From an uncultured Actinomycetes bacterium (GTDB lineage: Bacteria; Actinomycetota; Acidimicrobiia; Spongiisociales; ZC4RG35), in the NCBI GenBank assembly GCA_937989945.1, contig CALKIG010000047.1, positions 14,637 through 78,636 of the forward strand: a DNA stretch of 64,000 nt, in the 5' to 3' direction. Shown piece by piece: positions 17,796 to 27,169 of this stretch (position 1 is its first letter; each line of letters opens with the position of its first letter). Made by a program: the position numbers and the translations under genes. A model generated the notes under the pieces. That model was given only the letters and a program-made list of their open reading frames with translations, was not told the origin of the DNA and did not search any database.

Positions 17796-19079
17796 ATGCG
17801 CTCTCGGTTCCTGTTTTCGGTCGCGCTGGGAGACCTCGCCGCCCTGGCGCTGTCGATCGTCGTCAGCTCGGCCTACGTGTTCGGGGCTTTTCTGCCCTGG
17901 AACGGGCAGCCCGGAGAACGCGTCTACCCCCTTCTTCTCTTGTTGGCGGGGTCCATGGCTCTCGCCTCTTGGTTGACCGAGTCGATGTCCCCCCACGGCG
18001 TCCCCCGGCCTACCTACGGTCGGATGCTCTCGATTTGGCTCATAACCATTGCCACCACTGCGGTCGGTTTGGTGCTATTTCGTGAGATCTACTTCTCCCG
18101 CCGCCTCATCATCGGTGTCACTCTCTTGTGGCTCCTGTTCGCCTCACTGCACCGTCTGTTGCGCAGGCGCAAACCGTGGCAGGAGCGTCTCGGACTGATC
18201 ACCAGAGAGAAAGAGCTCGTGAAGCATCTCGAAGACGCCGACCACACAGATGTCGTTTGGGTCCTCGATCCTCAGTCGGAAGGACAGATCGAGCTTCCAG
18301 ACAGAAACGTCACGCTCGCCGTCGACCTCAGAGCTGTCCTATCCGAGAGAGTGGCCCAGTTCATCTCGTCCTGCGATGTGGCGGGCTACACGATCAAGCC
18401 ATTCACGTCGGTATACGAGGAGCACGTCGGTCGCGTCCCGCTCGTGCATCTGGCAGAGGGCTGGGAGATATCGGCCCCGTTGTTGGAGGTGGCTCGATGG
18501 CTACCTGGCAAGCGTGTCTTCGATGTTGTGGTCGCAGCCGTCACTGCCCCCTTGTGGTTGGTCGTCGGCCTCGGAGTGGGCATCTATGTGAAACTGACCT
18601 CGCCCGGACCCGCGATATTCCGGCAACGGCGAATCGGGCATGGGGGTAAGCCGTTCACGATGCTCAAGTTCCGCACTATGAATGCAGATGCTGAACAATC
18701 AGGGCCGAGATTCGCTACGGAGAACGACACGAGGATCTTCAAGGGCGGAAACTTCATCCGGAAGGCGCATCTCGACGAGATCCCACAGTTGGTCAACGTG
18801 CTCACTGGTGACATGAGCCTGGTAGGGCCAAGGGCTGAGCAAATTCCCTTCGTGCGTGCATTCCGAAAGCAGATCCCCTTCTATGACCACCGTCATCTGG
18901 TGAGGCCCGGCATCACTGGCTGGGCTCAGGTCAGCTACGGATATGCCGATGATTCAGCAGACACGATTGAGAAGCTGACATACGACCTCTACTACATAAA
19001 GCACATGTCTCCGGTGTTCGACCTGAAGGTGCTGGCACGCTCGTTCCTGATAGTGCTGACGGGTCGGGGAGCCAGATGA
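17796..19079 (+). CDS. Polyprenyl glycosyl-phosphotransferase (bacterial sugar transferase family, WbaP/WcaJ-like initiating enzyme).
   Basis: N-terminal TM helices and the C-terminal conserved block PGPAIFRQRRIGHGGKPFTMLKFRTM...GDMSLVGPR. I chose the start after the pepA stop; the ORF-track start 17634 overlaps pepA. Confidence 0.85.
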   Translation: MRSRFLFSVALGDLAALALSIVVSSAYVFGAFLPWNGQPGERVYPLLLLLAGSMALASWLTESMSPHGVPRPTYGRMLSIWLITIATTAVGLVLFREIYFSRRLIIGVTLLWLLFASLHRLLRRRKPWQERLGLITREKELVKHLEDADHTDVVWVLDPQSEGQIELPDRNVTLAVDLRAVLSERVAQFISSCDVAGYTIKPFTSVYEEHVGRVPLVHLAEGWEISAPLLEVARWLPGKRVFDVVVAAVTAPLWLVVGLGVGIYVKLTSPGPAIFRQRRIGHGGKPFTMLKFRTMNADAEQSGPRFATENDTRIFKGGNFIRKAHLDEIPQLVNVLTGDMSLVGPRAEQIPFVRAFRKQIPFYDHRHLVRPGITGWAQVSYGYADDSADTIEKLTYDLYYIKHMSPVFDLKVLARSFLIVLTGRGAR

Positions 19080-20296
19080 CCGAAGCCATGATCGAGACCC
19101 AGCCTCGAGGATTCCGCGCGCCCGGAACCACATTCATGGTCACGGGCGGGCTCTTGGGTGCTGTGGGCGCCTACCTCTTCCAGGTCATCGGCGCGAACGC
19201 AATCGGCTCGGAGGCATTCGCACCGATCAGCCTGTTGTGGACGGCGTTCTTCATCCTCGCCACGGTCGCTCTCGTGCCCATTGAACAATACGTGACTCGG
19301 GAGGTGGCCTCGGGTCGCAAGGCAATACCTAGCGCGGCGAAGGCAACCTACTGGTTCGTTGTCGCAGCCGCAGTCGTCGCAGGCTTGTTCGTGACAGTGA
19401 CCAGGGACTCGCTCTTCGAGGGCAGCTGGCAATACGTGATCCAAGCCGTGCTTCTCGTCATCGGATACGCGCTTCTTTTCTTCGGTAAAGGCGTCCTCGC
19501 GGGTAGACGGCGCTTCGCCGATGTGGGATGGGTTCTCATCATCGAAACCGCCGTGAGGCTGCTTGCCGGCATCGTGGCCATCCAACTGTTCACTGATGCC
19601 GAGTCATTGGGTTGGGCGATGGTGTTGGGCGGATTCTCTGTGCTGGGCTTGCGTTGGTGGAGACGCGATGTCGGCGACGATGATGCCGAACCGGCTCCGG
19701 CCAGTCGCTTCCTGAGCGGGTATGTCGGTGGGTCTGCTTCGTCCCAACTCTTGCTCGGTGGAGCCCCCCTAGCGGCTGCTGCATTCGGTGCCTCGCCGTC
19801 GCTCGTCTCCGTGATCTTTGTCACGTTCACGCTGTACAGAGCCCCCCTGACCTTGATCTTTGCCTTGCAGGGCCGGATCCTTCCCTATCTGGTAGGGCTT
19901 TCGGGAGGCGCCGATCGAGCCAGACTTGCACGCATCGCTGGTGTGGTCGTCGTCTCTGGCGTTGGCCTCGCAGCGCTCGGAGCTCTGGTTGGCTGGCTCG
20001 TGGGCCCCGAGGTAGTGGGATTGCTCTACAACGAGGAGTTCATCCCCGGTCGTGGCGTCGCCGCACTCGCGGCGGGTGGAGTGATGGCTGCCGCTGCGGC
20101 TCAGATTGCGGGCCAGGTCCTCGTTGCCGAGGGCAGAACGACGCGCCTCGCGATCGCTTGGTTCCTTGGCCTTCTGGTCGGTGTCGTCACGATGCTCATC
20201 TACAGGCCCGAGCCGGCCTTGAGAGTGGCCACCGGCTTCGCCACTGGAGAAGCAGTCGCGCTGTTCGTCATGTGGGCTCTCGCCGCGCGGAGCTAG
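19076..20296 (+). CDS. Multi-pass membrane protein, a putative polysaccharide biosynthesis/flippase (Wzx/MOP-like) protein.
   Basis: More than ten hydrophobic segments. It is coupled to the phosphotransferase gene by an ATGA overlap. The family assignment is tentative. Confidence 0.5.
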   Translation: MTEAMIETQPRGFRAPGTTFMVTGGLLGAVGAYLFQVIGANAIGSEAFAPISLLWTAFFILATVALVPIEQYVTREVASGRKAIPSAAKATYWFVVAAAVVAGLFVTVTRDSLFEGSWQYVIQAVLLVIGYALLFFGKGVLAGRRRFADVGWVLIIETAVRLLAGIVAIQLFTDAESLGWAMVLGGFSVLGLRWWRRDVGDDDAEPAPASRFLSGYVGGSASSQLLLGGAPLAAAAFGASPSLVSVIFVTFTLYRAPLTLIFALQGRILPYLVGLSGGADRARLARIAGVVVVSGVGLAALGALVGWLVGPEVVGLLYNEEFIPGRGVAALAAGGVMAAAAAQIAGQVLVAEGRTTRLAIAWFLGLLVGVVTMLIYRPEPALRVATGFATGEAVALFVMWALAARS

Positions 20297-20590
20297 GCAG
20301 GTCCCTCAACCATCGCACGTGCTCCCCAGCGAGCGACGGTGGAAATCTCCATCGCAGCTCGCGGGGAACAGCGGGAATCCGGTTGCTCACTCGAATGCCG
20401 GCAGAAGTGATCGAAACGAGGTCGGCTCTCAAGAGCTGAGGCAGATGTCTGGGTAGCCGCACTTCCTCCCCCTTCTCGGCAGCGCGGACCAAGCGGAGCA
20501 GCTCTGCGATGGCGCCTGAGCCAAGTGCCGCTACCCAGAACCTTCGGACATACGGATGGGAGGCCGGGAACGGGTCGTCGGTGGGCATCA
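20268..20590 (-). CDS. Hypothetical protein of about 107 aa.
   Basis: The only plausible ORF in the 510-nt gap between the flippase-like gene and ponA. I recognise no motif. Codon bias was not checked. Confidence 0.3.
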
Positions 20591-20808
20591 ATTCCACCGG
20601 AACGTAGGGGCGAACCCGGGCCGTAGCCCGGACAGAAGTGCCTCCGGCCGACACAGCGTCTTTGACTGGAGGACGAGCAACACCGTTGACCGAAGGCACT
20701 TCTGTCTGCATAGGTAGAGTTCTACAAGAGAACGTAAAACAACGTCAAGAGATGCCAAGAAGAGCGCGAAAAGAAAAGTGCCTGAATGGTCCGGGCGAGA
20801 GCGAGGAC

Positions 20809-23367
20809 CTAGCCGGACTCGGGGTCGAGCTCCCCGAGGAAGAGAGTCACCGTTGCCTGCCCGGTCACGGTGATACCTGCCTTGGGTGTCTGTGAAATGA
20901 CGCGATCGACGAAGTTGGGGTCCGTTGTAGTGACGGTGTCGAAGAAGAGGCTGAGTTTCACACCGGTCACATCTTCGTAGGCCCGGGCGGCCTCAGTCGC
21001 CTCCTCCGCCGTCATCCCCCCGAAAGAAGGCATTGCGCCAGTTGGGATCTCGCCGTTGGAGACATTGATTGTTATCGCCGTTCCCTCGGGCACACTTGCA
21101 CCTGGTGGTTGAGACTGCGCAACGACCATGCCGGCCGGTTCGAGGGAGGGGATGTCGACGACATTCACGTTCAGCTTCGCATCCTTGAGACGCTCGACCG
21201 CCTCGCTCTCCGGCAAGCCAACGACGGATGGGACCGTCGTCTTTGGCGGTATCAGGTAATCCTCGATGTTCCCTGGATCGTCAGGGAAGGGCACTTCGGG
21301 CAGGCCGTCGAGGACATATGACATGAACTCGGCCCAAATGGGTGCGGGTACGGACCCACCAAACACCCTGCTGTATCGCTGCCCATTGATGACGACATCC
21401 TCGAGGGGAACCTGCTTCGACTCGTAGCCCACCCAGACGGCCGTGCTGTACTCGGGCGTGAACCCGACGTACCAGGCATCGAGATAGCTCTGGTGGGTTC
21501 CGGTCTTGCCGCCTTGGGGCCGTCCGATATCTGCCCTAGCCGCGGTGCCCTGCGAGGTGGGGACCTTTTCCAGTGCGCGACGAGCGGCGGCGAAGATTGC
21601 TGGATCGGAGACTTGAACCTGGGTCTCCTCAGCCTCGTAGACCACGTTCCCATTGGCATCGACGATCTTCTCGATGAGATAGTCATCGGCGTGGAGGCCG
21701 TTGGTAGCGAAGTTGGAGTATGCGTTTGCCATCTCCAGCGTCGACACCTCTGAAGTGCCGAGCACGATCGAGAGGACGGGATTCAGGGAAGACTCTGTCA
21801 CGCCCATCCGTCTGGCCACATCGACGATGTTCGACGGCCCGACCTCGTTCGAGACCTGGGCATAGACCGCGTTGACCGAGTTGTACGTCGCCTGCTCCAA
21901 CGTGATCACGCCGTATGAGGCACCGGCGTTGGTCACCGTCCAGATGTTCGTCCCATCAGGCGAGCAGACGAACTCGCATTCGATCTTGATCGGGCTCTTG
22001 CCGCTCCATGAGTGGCCGAGCGTGTAACCCTGCTCCAGGGCTGCCACGAGACCGAAAGGCTTGAACGAGGACCCCGGGTTACGGCGTCCCTGCACCGCCA
22101 GGTCGAACTGTGAGAACTCGAACGGCAACCCCGAGGCCATGACCTTCACCGCACCGGTGTGATTGTCGACCATGGTCAGCGCTCCCGTAGGGACGCAGGA
22201 ATGCGTCTGCGAATAGGTGGCCAGGAACTCATCGGTCTCCCCGGGGAAGATCGCCCGGCATGCCTCGACATTCGCCTCGTACGACGGCAGTGGCATCCAC
22301 GTTTGGAGGATCTCGTTGGCCTTCTTCTGCAGCTCGAGATCGATCGTCGTGAAGATCTGATAGCCCCCACCGCCCTCACAGGCGACGTCGTCGGCGGGGC
22401 ATCCGAAGATGGAGATCTTGCGCTCTTCCCGGGTGTCGCCCAGGAAGGAGAACTCAGGGTCGCTGAGCAGCTGTCGTTTCGCCTCCGCCACAACATGGTC
22501 GGCCTCGCCGCGTCGGAGAGGCGTGTCGACGACGTCGAGGGAACTCGCCTTGGCTATCTCGGCCTCTTCGGGCGTGATCCAGCCGTTCTCAGCCATCTCG
22601 TCGATCACATCGTCGCGGCGCTCGAGGGTGATCTCGGGCCTGGTCCGGGGGTTGTACAGAGACGGATTACGCACGAGCACGGCCAGGGTGGCCGCTTCGT
22701 GGATCTCGATGTCGGCGAGATCCTTGTTGTAGAACTCCTCGGCGGCCGTCTTGACCCCGTAGGCACCGCCACCGAAATACACCGAGTTCATGTAGAACTC
22801 GAGGATCCTCTCCTTGGAGAAGCGGCGCTCGACCTCCGCCGACACGAATGCCTCGGTGATCTTTCTCGAAAGAGTGTTCTCCGAACCGACAAAGGCATTC
22901 TTGACGACCTGCTGGGTGATGGTCGACCCACCCCTCGTGGTGTCGTATATGAGATTGTCGATGGCCGCCGAGAAAATCGCCGAGAAGTCGACGCCGTCGT
23001 GTTCAAAGAACTCGGCGTCCTCCGCAGCGAGCATCGCATGGACCATCACTTCGGGAATCTGTGAGTAGGGAATGGGCTCGGAGTTCCTCCCATCATGCAA
23101 CTCTGCAAGGAGCTCACCTGACGCGGCATATATCTGACTTGTCCTGCTCAGGTCGGGGAGGGTCAGTTCCATCGAACGCGTGTCGGGTATCCACTCGCTG
23201 GTCACATCCTCGAACGTGCCATATGCCGAGTTCGCACCCAGGAACGCGAACAAGCCAACCCATCCCGATAGGAGGAGAGACATAGAAAGAAGAGTCGCCA
23301 GAGCGCCGAACCATCGTCCGCGTCGCTCGCGCGCCTCTATCTGGTGAATGAGGGACTTGTTTGCCAT
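20809..23367 (-). CDS. ponA: Class A penicillin-binding protein (bifunctional transglycosylase/transpeptidase) with a C-terminal PASTA-like domain.
   Basis: N-terminal TM anchor, GT51 motif (GGSTITQQVVKNAF) and the transpeptidase SxxK/SxN/KTG motifs. The C-terminal approximately 150 aa is a PASTA-like region. Confidence 0.9.
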   Translation of the reverse strand: MANKSLIHQIEARERRGRWFGALATLLSMSLLLSGWVGLFAFLGANSAYGTFEDVTSEWIPDTRSMELTLPDLSRTSQIYAASGELLAELHDGRNSEPIPYSQIPEVMVHAMLAAEDAEFFEHDGVDFSAIFSAAIDNLIYDTTRGGSTITQQVVKNAFVGSENTLSRKITEAFVSAEVERRFSKERILEFYMNSVYFGGGAYGVKTAAEEFYNKDLADIEIHEAATLAVLVRNPSLYNPRTRPEITLERRDDVIDEMAENGWITPEEAEIAKASSLDVVDTPLRRGEADHVVAEAKRQLLSDPEFSFLGDTREERKISIFGCPADDVACEGGGGYQIFTTIDLELQKKANEILQTWMPLPSYEANVEACRAIFPGETDEFLATYSQTHSCVPTGALTMVDNHTGAVKVMASGLPFEFSQFDLAVQGRRNPGSSFKPFGLVAALEQGYTLGHSWSGKSPIKIECEFVCSPDGTNIWTVTNAGASYGVITLEQATYNSVNAVYAQVSNEVGPSNIVDVARRMGVTESSLNPVLSIVLGTSEVSTLEMANAYSNFATNGLHADDYLIEKIVDANGNVVYEAEETQVQVSDPAIFAAARRALEKVPTSQGTAARADIGRPQGGKTGTHQSYLDAWYVGFTPEYSTAVWVGYESKQVPLEDVVINGQRYSRVFGGSVPAPIWAEFMSYVLDGLPEVPFPDDPGNIEDYLIPPKTTVPSVVGLPESEAVERLKDAKLNVNVVDIPSLEPAGMVVAQSQPPGASVPEGTAITINVSNGEIPTGAMPSFGGMTAEEATEAARAYEDVTGVKLSLFFDTVTTTDPNFVDRVISQTPKAGITVTGQATVTLFLGELDPESG

Positions 23368-23445
23368 CTGAGGGATCTGACGTCATTGGCCGACGGAGAA
23401 GTTCCCGCCACGGCCAACGTGACATCTGTCAGGATAGGGCCATAA

Positions 23446-25005
23446 ATGGATAAAACCCGTATCACGACCAGCGATATCGAGATCGACGAGGTGTACTCGA
23501 ACCTGCCTGATGGATATGCCTTGGAGGCCCCCGGCGAATTCCCGTTCACTCGTGGTCCCTATCCCTCGATGTACCGGGGGAGGCTGTGGACGATGCGCCA
23601 GTACGCCGGGTTCGGCACTGCCGAGGACACCAACCGACGCTTCCGATCGCTGCTCGAAGCGGGGCAGACCGGCCTGAGTGTGGCCTTCGACCTCCCGACC
23701 CAGATGGGCCTCGATTCAGATCATGAGTTGGCGGCGGGAGAGGTCGGCAAGGTCGGCGTCGCGATCGACACTCTCGCAGACATGCAGCGCCTTTTCGACG
23801 GGATCCCCCTCGATGAGGTGTCAACCTCGATGACGATCAATGCAACCGCCCCCATCCTCCTTCTGCTCTATGAGCTCGTGGCCGAAGAGCAAGGCGTGCC
23901 GGCAGACCAACTGCGTGGCACCGTTCAGAACGACATCCTCAAGGAGTACGTTGCGCGGGGCACCTACATCTATCCGCCCCGCCCCTCCATGAGGCTCATC
24001 ACCGACCTCTTCGGCTACGCAAACCGGGAAATCCCAAATTGGAACACGATCTCGATAAGCGGATATCACATAAGAGAGGCAGGAGCGACGGCCGCGCAGG
24101 AGCTTGCTTTCACGATTGCCAACGGACTGGCCTATGTGCACGCCGGCATGGAGGCAGGGATGGGAATCGATGAGTTCGGGCCGCGCCTCTCCTTCTTCTG
24201 GAACGGACACAACAACCTCTTCGAGGAGGTCGCGAAATTCCGGGCGGCCCGCCGGATATGGGCGAAGCAGATGCGCTCTCTCGGCGCCACTGACCCCAAA
24301 GCCGAGGCCATGAGATTTCATGTGCAGACGGCGGGCTCGACTCTCACGGCACAGCAACCGCTGAACAATGTGGCTCGGACCACGATCCAGGCCCTCGCGG
24401 CGATATTGGGAGGTACTCAGTCTTTGCACACGAATGCCTTTGACGAGGCACTTGGCCTGCCCACCGACGAGTCGGCTCTCGTCGCGCTGAGAACTCAGCA
24501 GATCCTCGCTCATGAGTCGGGAGTCGCCGACACGGTCGACCCGCTGGCGGGCTCCTTCTTCGTGGAGAACCTGACCGAGGAGCTCGAAGCTCAGGCGACC
24601 TCCCTCATCGCTCGAATCGAGGAGATGGGCGGCGCCGTCCGGGCGATCGAGGACGGTTGGATGCAGGCCCAAATCGAGGAGTCTGCCTACGCCGAAGCTC
24701 GGCGTCAGTCGGACGGCTCGAGTGTCGTGGTCGGGATGAATCGCTTCACCGTCGACGAGGAGCGCCCGATTCCAGTCCTCGAGGTCGATCCTGCGCTCGA
24801 AGAGGCTCAGGTGAAGCGCACCGTCGAGTGGCGAAGCTCTCGCGACAATGACGCCGTGCAAGGCGCTCTTTCGCAATTGGGTACGAAGGCGGCGACCGAT
24901 GCCAACCTATTGCCCCCGATGAAGGATGCGCTGCGGGCGGGTGCGACGGTGGGCGAGATCTCCGATGCGCTCCGCGAAGTCTTCGGCATCTATCGCCCTT
25001 CCTGA
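23446..25005 (+). CDS. Methylmalonyl-CoA mutase family protein, the catalytic (N-terminal TIM-barrel) domain only.
   Basis: Strong MCM motifs ([32 protein letters not shown]). It is 519 aa and has no C-terminal B12-binding domain. Confidence 0.85.
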   Translation: MDKTRITTSDIEIDEVYSNLPDGYALEAPGEFPFTRGPYPSMYRGRLWTMRQYAGFGTAEDTNRRFRSLLEAGQTGLSVAFDLPTQMGLDSDHELAAGEVGKVGVAIDTLADMQRLFDGIPLDEVSTSMTINATAPILLLLYELVAEEQGVPADQLRGTVQNDILKEYVARGTYIYPPRPSMRLITDLFGYANREIPNWNTISISGYHIREAGATAAQELAFTIANGLAYVHAGMEAGMGIDEFGPRLSFFWNGHNNLFEEVAKFRAARRIWAKQMRSLGATDPKAEAMRFHVQTAGSTLTAQQPLNNVARTTIQALAAILGGTQSLHTNAFDEALGLPTDESALVALRTQQILAHESGVADTVDPLAGSFFVENLTEELEAQATSLIARIEEMGGAVRAIEDGWMQAQIEESAYAEARRQSDGSSVVVGMNRFTVDEERPIPVLEVDPALEEAQVKRTVEWRSSRDNDAVQGALSQLGTKAATDANLLPPMKDALRAGATVGEISDALREVFGIYRPS

Positions 25006-25047
25006 GTACGGCATTCGCACTCCACTCCAATTAGCGTCGAACTCGAA

Positions 25048-26409
25048 ATGGCAAAGACGCGCACTCATCTCCTGGTCGTCGGCGGGGGACCAGCCGGCAC
25101 TCAGGCTGCCACCACGGCGGCCGCCAAAGGAGCGACGGTCACGCTCATCGAGAAGAACATCGTCGGCGGCGCCGCCCACCTCTGGGATTGCATCCCATCG
25201 AAGACGATGGCCGCCAGCGCCCTCCGTCACTCCTCGGTTAGAAACGCAGCGAAGCTCGGCCTGGTAACCGACGCAGGCCAGGTCGACATGGACGTGTTGG
25301 CGTCCCGCATCAAGGACATCACCGGCGATATCAATCGAAACTGGGTCACCCTGCTCGAGTCACAGGGAGTCCGCATGCTCCCCGGCACCGGGCGTTTCAC
25401 GGGCCCCAATTCGGCCGTAGCGACAGATTCGGAAGGCTTGGAGACAACGGTCGTCTTCGACAAGGCCCTCATCTCGACCGGCTCCTATCCGAGGATCCCG
25501 GATTGGGCGCCGGTGGACGGTGAGCGCGTCCTGACGACCCGGGACTGCTACGACCTCGAGACAGTGCCCGAGCACATCGTGATCATCGGCTCAGGCGTCA
25601 CAGGAGTCGAGTTCGTTCACATCTTTGAGAGCCTGGGGGCGCAGGTGAGCCTGGTCGTCTCACGCCAACAGATCCTGCCTCACCGCGATGCCGAGGTGGC
25701 CGCCGAGCTCGAGGAGGACTTCCTGGAAAGGGGAGTCCGCCTGATCATCGGAGCGCGGGCCGAGAAGATCGACGTTGCCGACGATGGCGTGGTCGTGTTC
25801 TGCGACGACGGACGAGTGATCAGGGGGTCACACGCCCTTCTCGCCGTCGGATCGGTCCCCTTGAGCGATGGTCTCGGCCTCGACGAAGCAGGGATCGCCA
25901 CCGACAACGGTTATGTGACCGTCGACGAGTATCAGCGGACCAGTCAGCCTCACATCTATGCCGCGGGCGATGTGACAGGCCAGATGCCGCTCAGCTCGGT
26001 GGCATCCATGCAGGGAAGGAAAATCGCCCATCATGCCCTGGACCTTCCGGTGGAGCCGATCGACTACTCCAAGGTCTCGGAGGCCATCTTCACCGTGCCG
26101 GAGATCGCCTCGGTCGGGCTGGCTGAAGTCGAGGCTGCAGCCGAGGGGCGCAAGGTCCGCACGACCAAGGTTCCCTTTGCAGCAAACGCCAGGTCGGTGC
26201 TGCAGCACTACACGCGTGGTTTCGTGAAAGTGATCTCGGACCCTGCCACCGGTGTCGTGTTGGGCGGCACGATCGTGGGTCACCGCGCTTCCGAGCTCAT
26301 CGGAGTCATCGCGCTGGCGGTTCAGGCCCGAGTCACCGCCGCCACCCTGGTCGAGACCCTGATGGTTCACCCTTCGATGACAGAGGCGATTTCGGACGCG
26401 GCCGAATAG
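25048..26409 (+). CDS. Flavoprotein disulfide-reductase family protein that lacks the redox-active disulfide (mycobacterial LpdA/NAD(P)H-quinone-reductase-like).
   Basis: FAD motif VVGGGPAG. The active-site region reads HLWDCIPSK with a single Cys in place of CxxxxC. The C-terminal dimerisation domain is present. Confidence 0.75.
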   Translation: MAKTRTHLLVVGGGPAGTQAATTAAAKGATVTLIEKNIVGGAAHLWDCIPSKTMAASALRHSSVRNAAKLGLVTDAGQVDMDVLASRIKDITGDINRNWVTLLESQGVRMLPGTGRFTGPNSAVATDSEGLETTVVFDKALISTGSYPRIPDWAPVDGERVLTTRDCYDLETVPEHIVIIGSGVTGVEFVHIFESLGAQVSLVVSRQQILPHRDAEVAAELEEDFLERGVRLIIGARAEKIDVADDGVVVFCDDGRVIRGSHALLAVGSVPLSDGLGLDEAGIATDNGYVTVDEYQRTSQPHIYAAGDVTGQMPLSSVASMQGRKIAHHALDLPVEPIDYSKVSEAIFTVPEIASVGLAEVEAAAEGRKVRTTKVPFAANARSVLQHYTRGFVKVISDPATGVVLGGTIVGHRASELIGVIALAVQARVTAATLVETLMVHPSMTEAISDAAE

Positions 26410-26416
26410 CCGTTCC

Positions 26417-26435
26417 AAGCCCGGGACCAGGGCTT
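26417..26435 (+). terminator. Candidate intrinsic terminator hairpin downstream of the LpdA-like gene.
   Basis: AAGCCC-gggacca-GGGCTT gives a 6-bp stem and a 7-nt loop, followed by an A/T-rich tract. Confidence 0.35.
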
Positions 26436-26515
26436 TAACAAACCTTGATTGTCTGCTGAAGCGCTCTTGACCCTCCTCGCGCGACATTGGAGATGTACCA
26501 AAGGAGGTATCTCAG

Positions 26516-27106
26516 ATGTTCAAGAAGATGGCAGGAGTGTTCACAGCGGTGGTCGCAGGGCTGGCGGTTGTCGGAGTTGCCTGGGCCTCCGGGGATTCGG
26601 CCACCTCGACGACCCTCGATGGCGCCGCCGATGGCTCGGTGACCTCTGACGTCCAAGTGACGTCGACGGTGGATGGCTCTACGTCGACTTCGGCCGATGG
26701 GTCGACATCGACTTCATTCGCAGGCTCGACCTCGTCCACGAGCGCTACAACGCCTTCAACCACCGTTCCTGACAGCACATCGACGACGATGGACGACGAT
26801 TCGACCTCGACCTCGACAACGGTTCCCGGGTCCACTTCCACGACGCTCGACGACCATGACGATCCGGTCCCGGACGGGACGTATGCGTACAGCGTTGGCA
26901 CCGCAGGTGTCGTGACTGTCGTGGTCAACGACGGGAAGCTGTCGCTCAGTTCGGTTGCAGTGAATCTCGGTTGGACCTACATCGTCGAGAAGGATGAGGA
27001 CGATGATGTCGAAGTCGAATTCATCAAGGGTGAGGCTGAGGCAAGCATCAGAATCGAAACCGGTGACGGCGAGCTCGAGATAGAGATCGAGACAAAGAGC
27101 AGCTGA
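26516..27106 (+). CDS. Secreted protein with a Ser/Thr-rich low-complexity region, 196 aa.
   Basis: Signal peptide (VVAGLAVVGVAWA) and STSTS/TTVP repeats. A strong SD (AAAGGAGGT) lies 7 nt upstream. Confidence 0.6.
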   Translation: MFKKMAGVFTAVVAGLAVVGVAWASGDSATSTTLDGAADGSVTSDVQVTSTVDGSTSTSADGSTSTSFAGSTSSTSATTPSTTVPDSTSTTMDDDSTSTSTTVPGSTSTTLDDHDDPVPDGTYAYSVGTAGVVTVVVNDGKLSLSSVAVNLGWTYIVEKDEDDDVEVEFIKGEAEASIRIETGDGELEIEIETKSS

Positions 27107-27128
27107 GCACCGACTTGCTCGACACGCG

Positions 27129-27157
27129 CGGCATCCCCCGGAGTTTCTGGGGGATGC
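27129..27157. terminator. Bidirectional intrinsic terminator hairpin between two convergent genes.
   Basis: Perfect inverted repeat GGCATCCCCC-ggagtttct-GGGGGATGCC, with a 10-bp stem and a 9-nt loop. Confidence 0.55.
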
Positions 27158-27169
27158 CGTCGGTGGCGG

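Noticed and set aside
23368-23445. Imperfect palindrome around TGACGTCA in the divergent ponA/MCM intergenic region.
   Set aside because: Only a short 8-nt palindrome is perfect and the flanking arms are imperfect. This is too weak to call an operator without comparative data.
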